From positions 2,432,001 to 2,496,000 of the forward strand of contig OY760183.1 in assembly GCA_963663275.1 (NCBI GenBank): a stretch of 64,000 bases of DNA, written 5' to 3'. Numbering within the stretch: the first letter of the stretch is position 1; each line of letters starts with the position of its first letter. Below are positions 19,413 to 27,758 of this stretch, one piece after another. This stretch comes from Chloroflexota bacterium. GTDB taxonomy: Bacteria; Chloroflexota; UBA11872; VXOZ01. A program made the translations under genes and the position numbers. The notes under the pieces were generated by a model, which was given only the letters and a program-made list of their open reading frames with translations, searched no databases and was not told the DNA's origin.

Positions 19413-20747
19413 GTGACCAGGCGCGCGTGGCTCGGTTCCGCGCTCGTCGGGGGGCAGGTCTTGCTCTTGAGTTGCGGCGGCGATGATGATGAAGAGCAAC
19501 CCGCGCCAGCGGAGCCAAGTTCCCGCCCGGGCGCAGCAATCGAAACGCCAAAGGAGTCCCAACCGCTCACGCTGGCGGTCTTCGACCATCCTCTCACCGT
19601 CACGCCCGGCCAGAAAGCCGTGCAGGAGTGGGAGAAGGGCAATGTTCCCGGCGCGCCAGAGGGAACGTCGATGCGGTTCGTCAAGGCTCCCGCGCAGGGC
19701 GGAGCCAGCGACGTGCTGGCGTCACTGGCGGCGGGAGGAATAACCCCGGACTTCATCTGGCTGCCGCACTGGGAGGACATTCCCGCCGTCTTCAAGGACG
19801 GGCTGCTTGCGCCGCTGGACCGCTGGTTGCAGGTGGATACGTCCAATCCCTTAGAGGACTTTGCGGAAGAAGCCCGCCGCCTGGTGCGGTTTCGCGCTCA
19901 AACGCTGGCGTTGCCGCTGGCCGTCGCTCCGGTTGTGCTGGCCCACAACGCGCCCCGCTTCGAGAGCGCCAACGTAGCGCCGCCCACCGGCGAATGGACG
20001 TGGGTAGACTTCATCGAGGCGGGCAAACGTCTGACCGAGGACGCCAACGGCGACGGCGCCACCGATCGCTGGGGCTTCATGGCGCCGGGGCAGTTCCCGG
20101 AGTGGCTCGCCTTCTTGCAGCAAGAGGGCGGCACGGCCATGGATCTGGACACCGGCACAGTCGGCATGGCGGAACCGGCCAGCCTGCGCGCCCTCACGGC
20201 GTGGGATGAATTGGGAAGCGTGCACGGCATCCTGCCCCATGGGCCAGACGTTTCCGTGGCAGGACTGCGAGGCTCCAACGACTTCCGCCAGAGAGGAATG
20301 CACTTCTCGCTCTTCTTTCATCGCCTGCCCGAGCAGTGGCGAGCGGTCACGCCGCTGCCGACCGGGGCCCGGGCCATCACGCCGTTGGCGCTAACGGAGG
20401 CGCTAGCAATCCCGGACGCCGCGCCGGGCGAACGCGCTTACGAGGCCCTTGTGCCCTTGGCGCGCTGGATTGGCGAACGCCGCGTGCTGCCCGCCGCCAG
20501 CGCCGGCTGGCAGTATATCCGGCGGCCGGATCGAGAGCACTTCAACCTGGTCTTTCCCGAATCGACGCAGGATACGCTGACACACGCGCTTGCTCACGCC
20601 AAGGCGTCCTACGTGGCCAGCAGCCCGGGGCTGTCCCAGGCGCTCTTCAATATCGTCACGTACCGCTTGGCGCGGGGCGAAGTGAGCATTGAGCAGGCAA
20701 TCGAGCAGGCAGCGAACTGGCTGGAGCGGTGGCTCCTGAACGAATAA
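19413..20747 (+). CDS. Tat-exported lipoprotein, ABC-type solute-binding protein (family 1-like)
   Basis: TRRAWL twin-Arg, LLSC lipobox, WTWxDF..LT.D.NGDG..D.WGF; GTG start after GGAG. Confidence 0.8.
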   Translation: MTRRAWLGSALVGGQVLLLSCGGDDDEEQPAPAEPSSRPGAAIETPKESQPLTLAVFDHPLTVTPGQKAVQEWEKGNVPGAPEGTSMRFVKAPAQGGASDVLASLAAGGITPDFIWLPHWEDIPAVFKDGLLAPLDRWLQVDTSNPLEDFAEEARRLVRFRAQTLALPLAVAPVVLAHNAPRFESANVAPPTGEWTWVDFIEAGKRLTEDANGDGATDRWGFMAPGQFPEWLAFLQQEGGTAMDLDTGTVGMAEPASLRALTAWDELGSVHGILPHGPDVSVAGLRGSNDFRQRGMHFSLFFHRLPEQWRAVTPLPTGARAITPLALTEALAIPDAAPGERAYEALVPLARWIGERRVLPAASAGWQYIRRPDREHFNLVFPESTQDTLTHALAHAKASYVASSPGLSQALFNIVTYRLARGEVSIEQAIEQAANWLERWLLNE

Positions 20748-20766
20748 CGTGAACAACGTGCCCGAC

Positions 20767-20906
20767 GAGACCTTTGCATAACTCCGTCATTCCGGTGAAA
20801 ACCGGAATCCAGCGTGCTTTTACAACTAAAGCTTGCATGAAGTCAAGCCATTTCGCCCCCCATCCCAACCTTCCCCCCATCGGGGAAGGGGTTACGCAAA
20901 GGTCTC
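20767..20906. mobile_element. 140-bp MITE with GAGACCTTTGC termini (IS5-family-like)
   Basis: Ends gagacctttgcataa / ttacgcaaaggtctc; an interrupted, inverted second copy lies at 37932-39262. Confidence 0.75.
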
Positions 20907-20928
20907 CAACGGCGGATATTGCTTGACA

Positions 20929-20959
20929 TAAACAAAGCCTGCCGCGCGTGCGGCAGGCT
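20929..20959 (-). terminator. Intrinsic terminator after pspA-pspAA
   Basis: agcctgccgc-acgc-gcggcaggct followed by TTGTTT on the - strand. Confidence 0.6.
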
Positions 20960-21003
20960 CCCTTGTGCTTTCATAGACTGTCAGGCCGGTCGCTCAGCCG
21001 GGA

Positions 21004-21291
21004 CTAATCCGCGCGGCCGGGCACGAACCCTTCAGAGCCAAGCAACTTCTGGGCCTCTTCCAGCGTCTCATCCGGCGGCGGCAGAATGACATCCGACGGC
21101 ACGATCTCGTCATCCGGCAGCGGCGTCCCTCTTTCGGTCACCAGGTCGTGCATCTGTTGGAGCAACTGTTGAAAGGCCTCGTTGTCGGACCCGTCTACAG
21201 ACTGCTCGATCGCGTCATCGAATTGCTGAAGTTCCGATATGATGTCGTCGTCAAGGCGGAACTGGCCCAACGTGGCAATGCGGACAATCAT
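21004..21291 (-). CDS. PspA-associated protein (PspAA-like)
   Basis: MIVRI..LGQF..D..SDVILPP.D.TLEE..EG.VPG pattern; overlaps the pspA stop codon. Confidence 0.8.
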   Translation of the reverse strand: MIVRIATLGQFRLDDDIISELQQFDDAIEQSVDGSDNEAFQQLLQQMHDLVTERGTPLPDDEIVPSDVILPPPDETLEEAQKLLGSEGFVPGRAD

Positions 21292-22019
21292 GCGCGGTCC
21301 TCCAACTGCTTCTTTTCTTTGCCTGCCAGTTGCCGTTTGAGCGACGCCAACTCGTCGTCCACACCGCTTTCGGCGCTGAGTTTGTTGAGTTCACGGTCCA
21401 CGAAGTCGGAGCGCGAGCCGGTGGAGTCCTCGAGCACGCCGGTGTCCACCAGTTCGTCGATTGCCAGCGCCCGCGCCTGGAGCGATTCCGTGCGCTCTTC
21501 CGCCCGCTCCACCAGCAGCGAAACGTCGGCCATCTCCTCGGATAAACCGGATACGGACTCGCTAATCCGCGTCTGCGCCTCCGCCGCGCTGTACTGGGCC
21601 TTGATGACCTCTTTGCGCGTGCGAAAGTTCTCCACTTTCGCCACGAGTTTCTGCTCGGTGAGGGCCAGGCGTTCCTGATCCTGCTCCAGCGCATGGACCT
21701 GCTGCCGCAGTCCTTCGGCCTGCGTCACGATCAGTTGCTTGCGCTGCAGCGCGATGCGCGCCAGGTCTTCACGGCCGGCTTCGATGGCGCGCTGGGCCTG
21801 GTCTACCAGTTTGGCCTCGTTGCTCTCCAGCTTGGCCGCCTGCATTTCCAAGCGCCGTTTGGACGTCACCACCTCTACGATGCCGCGCTTGACCTTGTGC
21901 AACTGCTCAAGCTGCCGTTCGTACGCGTAGTCCAACGTCTCCGCCGGGTCTTCACTCCGGTCCAGCAATGCGTTTATCTTGGCGCTGAGCACAGCGCCCA
22001 TCCGCGAAAATACGCCCAT
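21288..22019 (-). CDS. pspA: PspA/IM30-family phage shock protein
   Basis: MG.FSR..EDP.E.L, GREDLARIAL, long coiled coil, VDDELASLK. Confidence 0.92.
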   Translation of the reverse strand: MGVFSRMGAVLSAKINALLDRSEDPAETLDYAYERQLEQLHKVKRGIVEVVTSKRRLEMQAAKLESNEAKLVDQAQRAIEAGREDLARIALQRKQLIVTQAEGLRQQVHALEQDQERLALTEQKLVAKVENFRTRKEVIKAQYSAAEAQTRISESVSGLSEEMADVSLLVERAEERTESLQARALAIDELVDTGVLEDSTGSRSDFVDRELNKLSAESGVDDELASLKRQLAGKEKKQLEDRA

Positions 22020-22179
22020 TCACACTCCTCCGGAATCGTGGCCGCTCGCATTCCCATCGTCCGCTGCCCTTAATTCAAGTATCCCACACGCCATTTGCTC
22101 GGTCAAACCATCTTGCAAAGCGCCACCGGCCCATCCCCGTCCGCACGAGGGAACCGGCGCGGAGAGCCAAGTATCCTAT

Positions 22180-22208
22180 TTGACATTTACATAATACTCA
22201 TATAACCT
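22180..22208 (+). promoter_or_regulatory. sigma70-type promoter
   Basis: TTGACA-17 nt-TAACCT in an AT-rich patch upstream of the SBP gene at 22355. Confidence 0.5.
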
Positions 22209-22354
22209 ATAGATGCCGCGACCAGGCGTGGGGACGCAGCGCGAACCCGTTGGCGGGTAGAGGACAATTGAGCGGCGTTCACCGTAGGCTTGGCCCACCA
22301 CAAGGGCACTTCCAGTAGCCGACGCGAGGCCCCGACGGAATAGGAGAGAATCCC

Positions 22355-23740
22355 GTGACACGACGCGAGTGGCTTGGCAATATGTTGCTCGGCGGCGCGG
22401 TCGCGCTGCTGGCAAGTTGCGGCGGCGACGAAGATGAAGAGCCGCCGCCGGACGCAGAGCCCACGCCCCGGACCGGGAACGTCGTCGCAGCCGCCAAGGA
22501 GCCCCAAGCGCTTCGGTTGGCGTGGCTGGAGCATCCAAACGCAGTCAATCCTCCCAAGCCAAGCATTCTCGGCCGTGAAGCGCTGCGTGGGTGGAATGAC
22601 GGAAGCATTCCCGGCAGGCCTGACGAATCCACGCTTGAGCACACTCCAATTCCGCTGAAGAGGGACGAGAATCAGAGAATCCAGCTATCCATATCAGTCA
22701 TGGACTTCCTCGCCGCCGGCGCGGCCGGCGGGGTTGCCGCGGCGGACGTTGTGTGGCTACCTCGCTACGCGGACATCTTCTTCCTCATCCAGACAGAACT
22801 GTTCACTCCCCTCGACCGCTGGCTGCAGGCGGACAAACGGGCACCGCTCGACGCTTTTGGGGAAGAAGCCCTGCGTCTTGTGCGGATCAATGGTCGGACG
22901 CTAGGCCTACCGTTGGCGGTAGCCCCGGGCGTCCTGGGATACAATGCCGACCGCTTCCAAGGCGCCAGCGTGCCCCCGGCCGCCAGCGCATGGACCTGGC
23001 AGGAATTCATAGACGCCGGTAAGCAGCTCACCCAGGACGTCGATGGCGACGGCGCTCTCGATCAATGGGGCTTTGCGGCGAACTGGGACTTCCCGGATTG
23101 GTTGCCGCTGTTGCTGCAAGAGGGCGGCGAGGTGGTAGACCTGGACACGGGCAGGATAGAGATGGATGCGCCGGCCAGCGCGCGGGCGCTCACGGCCTGG
23201 GATGAGTTTGGCCGGGTTCACGGCATCCACCCCTACGGGCCCGAAGTCTCAGGAGACGACCTGCGGGGCTGGGGTGACGCTCAGCAAAGCGGCATGCGCT
23301 TTTCGCGGTTCGTGAAGCAGGCGTGGCACTATTGGCCGGACTTTGCGCCCATGCCGCGAGGGCCGCAGACGACCACGCCGCTCGGGCTCGAGGAAGCGCT
23401 GGCCGTGCCGGCCGCGGCGGCGGAGGACAGCGCCTATGCGGCGCTCGTTCCACTCGCACATTGGATTGGAGAGCGGCGCGTCTTGCCGGCGGTGACCGCC
23501 GGCTGGCAGTACATCGAGAACCCCGATACCGACCACTTTGACTTGATCTTCCCTGAAGCAAATCAAGAAGTTGCCGTATACGCTTTGGAGAATGCGAAGG
23601 CTTCATACGCTGCCAGCAGTTCAGCGATTTCCTACCACCTCTTCCAACAGGTCACCCTCCCGCTCGCGCGCGGGGAAGTGGGTGTGGAACAGGCGATCGA
23701 TCAGGCAGTGGCCTGGCTGCAAAGTTACGTGACCGAATGA
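22355..23740 (+). CDS. Tat-exported lipoprotein solute-binding protein, paralog of 19413-20747
   Basis: TRREWL, LASC; long blocks shared with the paralog (PLDRWLQ, WIGERRVLPA, LARGEV). Confidence 0.82.
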   Translation: MTRREWLGNMLLGGAVALLASCGGDEDEEPPPDAEPTPRTGNVVAAAKEPQALRLAWLEHPNAVNPPKPSILGREALRGWNDGSIPGRPDESTLEHTPIPLKRDENQRIQLSISVMDFLAAGAAGGVAAADVVWLPRYADIFFLIQTELFTPLDRWLQADKRAPLDAFGEEALRLVRINGRTLGLPLAVAPGVLGYNADRFQGASVPPAASAWTWQEFIDAGKQLTQDVDGDGALDQWGFAANWDFPDWLPLLLQEGGEVVDLDTGRIEMDAPASARALTAWDEFGRVHGIHPYGPEVSGDDLRGWGDAQQSGMRFSRFVKQAWHYWPDFAPMPRGPQTTTPLGLEEALAVPAAAAEDSAYAALVPLAHWIGERRVLPAVTAGWQYIENPDTDHFDLIFPEANQEVAVYALENAKASYAASSSAISYHLFQQVTLPLARGEVGVEQAIDQAVAWLQSYVTE

Positions 23741-23872
23741 ATGCCGCCGTTACCCGACCGAAAGAACGCCGCCAATAAGTTCCGAGAATGTATCTTCTCG
23801 GAACTTATTGGCAGCCACCATCCCGGCCCCGCCGTTTCTCCGTCCACGGCAGCGCAGCGCGTTCCCTGTGCT

Positions 23873-24047
23873 CCGATAGCGCAGGTTTGTAACCTGCGTC
23901 TCTTCTTCCCCGGTAGCGCGGGTTTGCAACCTGCGCATTCTCTCCTCCGGTAGCGCAGGTTTGCAATCTGCGCATTCTCTCCCCCGGTAGCGCAGGTTTG
24001 TAACCTGTGTATTCTCACGTCCGGTAGCGCAGGTTTGTAATCTGCGT
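23873..24047 (+). repeat. Tandem array of 5 GTAG-type REPs (family B), 37-bp period
   Basis: ccggtagcgcaggtttg(c/t)aacctgcg at 23873, 23910, 23947, 23984, 24021. Confidence 0.9.
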
Positions 24048-24108
24048 CGAGCGGCTAGCTCAAGAGCGGCAACTCGCCTTTGGAAAGTCGCCGGCGCGCG
24101 CCGCACCT

Positions 24109-24142
24109 GGTGTAGGGGCACGACATGTCGTGCCCCTACACC
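24109..24142. repeat. 34-bp perfect palindrome, GTAG-type REP
   Basis: ggtgtaggggcacgaca|tgtcgtgcccctacacc. Confidence 0.85.
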
Positions 24143-24252
24143 GCGTGACGAGAGCCCAGCCGTATTTCAACAGTGCAGATTCGCCTTAATGGCCAAAGTC
24201 AGGAATCGGTGCGACGAAACTTCGGACAATGCTTCCGTGCCACGCTGCCCAT

Positions 24253-24276
24253 GCGGGGGACAAGCCCCGCGCTACG
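24253..24276 (-). repeat. Family A REP, single copy
   Basis: gcgggggacaagccccgcgctacg. Confidence 0.8.
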
Positions 24277-24308
24277 TTAGCGCGTAAAGCACTTGAGACA
24301 ATTCCAAC

Positions 24309-25373
24309 TCAAAGCGTATAGGCGGAATAGCCATTCGCGCACGGGTTGCCGTAGCTCACGTGGAGCCGCCCTTGAAGCGGTTCCATGACGTAGGAGGCCA
24401 CGGTCTCGATGCTCTCCGCCGTGCCGTCGTTATGTCTACAAATGCTGTGGGGATGTCCCTCGTGATCCGACATCATCCGCATCACGTCGTGCGCGGACAC
24501 GCGCTTAGCCACCGAGACGAGTTGCTCCGCCCGCTCGCAGCGCGGCGCCGAATCCGGCAGTTGCTCCCGAAAGGTGTCGAACTCCTCAAGTTCGGGGGAA
24601 AGGATGTTATTCGTGTGCGCCAGGGTACCGTCGGCGGTCTCGATCACGCCCACACCGTGGGGCGCGGCGATTTCGGCATCCGCCAAGCGGTTCTCGCCGT
24701 CCACCATAAGGTAATTGCCCGCGGAAGAGAATGTGGTCTTGCTCATTATGTCAAGAACTTCCGCCAGGTTGCGGCATTCCAGAATGCGCCGTTTGAGCGG
24801 ATAGTGCGAAACGCCCACCCGCCAACCCTCGGTGTAAAGTTGGTTCTGCACAAACGCCACGCCGTGCTCGTTGAAGCCGGGATAGCCGATGACCCCCGCC
24901 CACGTGAACATGATGAACGCCGGCTTATTCTGTGGCGCGACCCGCAGCACCACGCCCACGTCCTTCATCCAGTCCCCCACGTCCTGATTCTGCGCAATGA
25001 TCGTGCTCTCGTTGTCCGTGCGGCTGGTGAGGAAGCCGAGGGAACTACAGCCATCGCTCAAACCGGCGTCGCCCAGGGTAAGCTCGGTGCGCACGTTGAG
25101 CAGCACGATCTCGGCAAACGAGACGTTCGCGCCGGCGGCGATGCCTTCCATCTCCTCGAGCGCGTCGGGAATGAACCCCCGGATCGACGGCACGAACGAT
25201 TCCGCCCGCGCGCGCAGCGTTGCCCGGTCCTGGCGCTTGTGTTGGCCGATCGACTGGTACGAGTGTTCCAAAAAAGTATGGATCTGCTCGCGGCAGGCCT
25301 CACCGTGCTGGCGCCCCAGTTCGCGCGGCGTGCCCGCAACCTCGAAGAACGGATAGCGTGCTGACTGTCCCAT
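24309..25373 (-). CDS. C45-family Ntn-hydrolase (acyl-CoA:6-APA acyltransferase-like peptidase)
   Basis: GTPRELGRQHG, EEMEGIA.GA, DG|CSS autoprocessing site, AQNQD, HTN. Confidence 0.9.
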   Translation of the reverse strand: MGQSARYPFFEVAGTPRELGRQHGEACREQIHTFLEHSYQSIGQHKRQDRATLRARAESFVPSIRGFIPDALEEMEGIAAGANVSFAEIVLLNVRTELTLGDAGLSDGCSSLGFLTSRTDNESTIIAQNQDVGDWMKDVGVVLRVAPQNKPAFIMFTWAGVIGYPGFNEHGVAFVQNQLYTEGWRVGVSHYPLKRRILECRNLAEVLDIMSKTTFSSAGNYLMVDGENRLADAEIAAPHGVGVIETADGTLAHTNNILSPELEEFDTFREQLPDSAPRCERAEQLVSVAKRVSAHDVMRMMSDHEGHPHSICRHNDGTAESIETVASYVMEPLQGRLHVSYGNPCANGYSAYTL

Positions 25374-25608
25374 GGAGTGATTCCTCTTATGTAAACCTTC
25401 ACCTCTTCCGCGCTAGCCTTGGCGGCCAGGCCGGTCATCCACATCGTACGCCGCCCGCCGCGCGGCGGCAAGCGCTCGTATTGATTGCCCAATAGTGCCA
25501 TACTGGCGCCAGGGGCATTGAAAACGCTGCCAATCTACGTGCCCGCTAGGCCTGCCCCGCGCGACGAGATCGGGAAGCGGGGCCAAAGCTCCAATGCTGT
25601 CGCGTAAA

Positions 25609-25704
25609 CGTAGCGCGGGGGCTTGTCCCCCGCCTGAACAAGAACAATGAAGACGAAATCGATTGACCCGACGGAAGACGCAGGTTACAAACCTGCGCTA
25701 CCGG
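25609..25704. repeat. One family A REP and one family B REP
   Basis: cgtagcgcgggggcttgtcccccgc (25609) and cgcaggttacaaacctgcgctaccgg (25679). Confidence 0.8.
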
Positions 25705-25754
25705 AGAATCGGGCGTAGTCTTCACTCTCATTGCGTTTAGTGCGGAAGAATCAA

Positions 25755-25990
25755 GGACTAGCTCCCACGCCACGGGTTGGTAGACTAGGCGGCGGGGGAC
25801 GAGCCCCCGCGCTACGGGTCGGTAGACTGGGCGGCGGGAGACTAGCCCCCGCGCTACAGGTCGGTAGACTAGGCGGCGGGAGACTAGCCCCCGCGCGACG
25901 GATCGATAGACAAGGCGGCGGGGGACAAGCCCCCGCGCTACGGGTTGGTAGATAAGGCGGCGGGGGACAAGCCCCCGCGCTACGGGTTGG
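25755..25990 (-). repeat. Tandem array of about 5.5 family A REPs, 42-bp period
   Basis: Units start at 25781, 25823, 25865, 25907, 25949. Confidence 0.9.
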
Positions 25991-26042
25991 CAGCGAATTG
26001 ACCGGCGTAACTTGCCAGGACTACACGAGAGGTGACGCAAAC

Positions 26043-27056
26043 ATGGAATCACTCGACATCTATTTCACGGCTAAAGACACGGTCGCCGTACAGCGGCAGC
26101 CAGTCCCAAGACTGAAGTCCGGTGAAATTCTCGTACGGTTGCGGCGTTCTCTCATCAGCACCGGCACCGAGTGCATCTGCCTGCAGCGCAATTTCGCGCC
26201 GGGCACGCACTGGGACAAGTGGGTGCAATACCCGTACCGGCCGGGGTACAGCGCCGTCGGCATCGTAGCGGAGGCGGCCAACGACGTGGCAGCCGTCGGC
26301 GTGGGCGATCGAGTGGCGATGCCTGTCAAGCACGGACAGTACGCCGTGCTTGACGCCGATCGCGCCGTCAAGATACCGGAAGCGGTCTCGGATGAGGCCG
26401 CCGCCTGGTTCTACCTGGCGTGCATCGCGCAGAACGCCGTCCGCCGCTCGGAGCACCGGCTGGGAGACGACGTGGTGGTGATCGGCGCCGGTATCCTGGG
26501 ACAGCTTGTCGTCCAATACGCCCGTCTGCTGGGCGCGAGGCGCGTAATCGTCATCGACACGGCGCCGGCGCGGCTTGCGTTGGCGGAGTCCCACGGGGCC
26601 ACGCACACCCTGTTGCTTTCCTCCGCCGACGCCGAAGCGGCGATCGCGTCGCTTACCCACGGGAGGCTGGCGGACGTGGTTTACGACATCACCGGCAACG
26701 CCGCGGTGTTGCCCACGGCCCTGCCGCTGGCGCGGCGCTTTGGCAAAGTTATCCTGCTGGGCGACACCGGCGACCCGTCGGAGCAACGGCTAACGGGCGA
26801 CGTCATCCGGCGCGGCGTAACCCTCATCGGCGCTCACAGCACCAATCCGCCGCCCACCGCCAGCGACTACGAACACTGGACCCACGAGCACATGACCCAA
26901 CTCTTCTTTACGTACCTGGAGCGCGGCGAGATGCGCGTGGAAGACCTCATCACTCACCGCTACGACCCGCGCGAAGCCGCCGCCGCGTACGCTATGTTGA
27001 CGCAGGATCGCTCTCAGGCCATGGGCGTGCTCTTCGATTGGACCGGTCTGCCGTAG
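26043..27056 (+). CDS. Medium-chain dehydrogenase/reductase (zinc-binding ADH fold)
   Basis: SLISTGTE, PGYS..G.V, VIGAGILG Rossmann motif, DITG. Confidence 0.85.
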   Translation: MESLDIYFTAKDTVAVQRQPVPRLKSGEILVRLRRSLISTGTECICLQRNFAPGTHWDKWVQYPYRPGYSAVGIVAEAANDVAAVGVGDRVAMPVKHGQYAVLDADRAVKIPEAVSDEAAAWFYLACIAQNAVRRSEHRLGDDVVVIGAGILGQLVVQYARLLGARRVIVIDTAPARLALAESHGATHTLLLSSADAEAAIASLTHGRLADVVYDITGNAAVLPTALPLARRFGKVILLGDTGDPSEQRLTGDVIRRGVTLIGAHSTNPPPTASDYEHWTHEHMTQLFFTYLERGEMRVEDLITHRYDPREAAAAYAMLTQDRSQAMGVLFDWTGLP

Positions 27057-27086
27057 GCCAAGGTCTATGGCAAACGCAAGGGCGGT

Positions 27087-27470
27087 CTATACGGCGCTGC
27101 CCGCCAGGCGGCTGACGCCGAGGCCCAGCAGCACGCACGCGATGCCCAGCACGTTGCTAAGGAGCAGATACAAGAGCGCCAAGCGCAGTTCGCCGGCGCG
27201 CAGGAGATTCACGCTCTCGATGCCGTAGGTAGAGAAGGTGGTGAACGCGCCGAGCACGCCGACCAGGAAGAACGTGCGCGCGTGCGGCGGCAGCGCCGTG
27301 TGCGCCAACGGTTCCCACAGAAGACCCACGGCAAAGCAACCAAGCAGGTTCACGCCCAGAGTTCCCGCCGGAAACGCGCTCTCGAAGTAACGGCTGATGA
27401 GGCCGGAGAGGACATAGCGCAGCGTAGCGCCGAAAGCGCCGCCCAGCGCGACGAAGAAGATTGTCGTCAT
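27087..27470 (-). CDS. crcB: Fluoride efflux channel Fluc/CrcB
   Basis: GGAFGA.LRY, P.GTL.VN, GVLGAFTTFSTY. Confidence 0.95.
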   Translation of the reverse strand: MTTIFFVALGGAFGATLRYVLSGLISRYFESAFPAGTLGVNLLGCFAVGLLWEPLAHTALPPHARTFFLVGVLGAFTTFSTYGIESVNLLRAGELRLALLYLLLSNVLGIACVLLGLGVSRLAGSAV

Positions 27471-27579
27471 CGTTTCGTCCGACTATGCGCCAGCGCGCCG
27501 CGCAGAAGCGGAGATGAGAGTCCGATCAACGGATGGGGATTCTGACTGGCAGCATAGCACGGCAAATGGGCCAGTCCGG

Positions 27580-27662
27580 TGCCGAAGGCGGGATTCGAAC
27601 CCGCACGGGTGTTACCCCACTGGTTTTTGAGACCAGCGCGTCTTCCATTCCGCCACTTCGGC
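27580..27662 (-). tRNA. tRNA-Leu(CAA)
   Basis: GCCGAAG acceptor stem, ctggt-CT CAA AA-accag anticodon arm, long variable arm, GGTTCGAATCC; CCA not encoded. Confidence 0.97.
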
Positions 27663-27674
27663 AACTCTACAACG

Positions 27675-27704
27675 ATTCTAGGGAATGCGACCGATAGCGG
27701 TCAA
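27675..27704 (-). promoter_or_regulatory. Promoter of tRNA-Leu(CAA)
   Basis: TTGACC-18 nt-TAGAAT. Confidence 0.55.
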
Positions 27705-27758
27705 GCCAGGATCCCTGGGCAATTGAACGTCAATGCCGCGTTCGGGCGCGAGGGCGCG

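Noticed and set aside
25546-26052. 168-aa ORF with YRPVARGLVPRRLV repeats
   Set aside because: A by-product of the 42-bp REP array; similar repeat-derived ORFs at 23.7-24.1, 47.5-47.8 and 58.4-58.9 kb were also rejected.
27471-27577. Fluoride riboswitch upstream of crcB
   Set aside because: The GGCGAUGG..CGCC / GCUGAUGAC consensus was not found.
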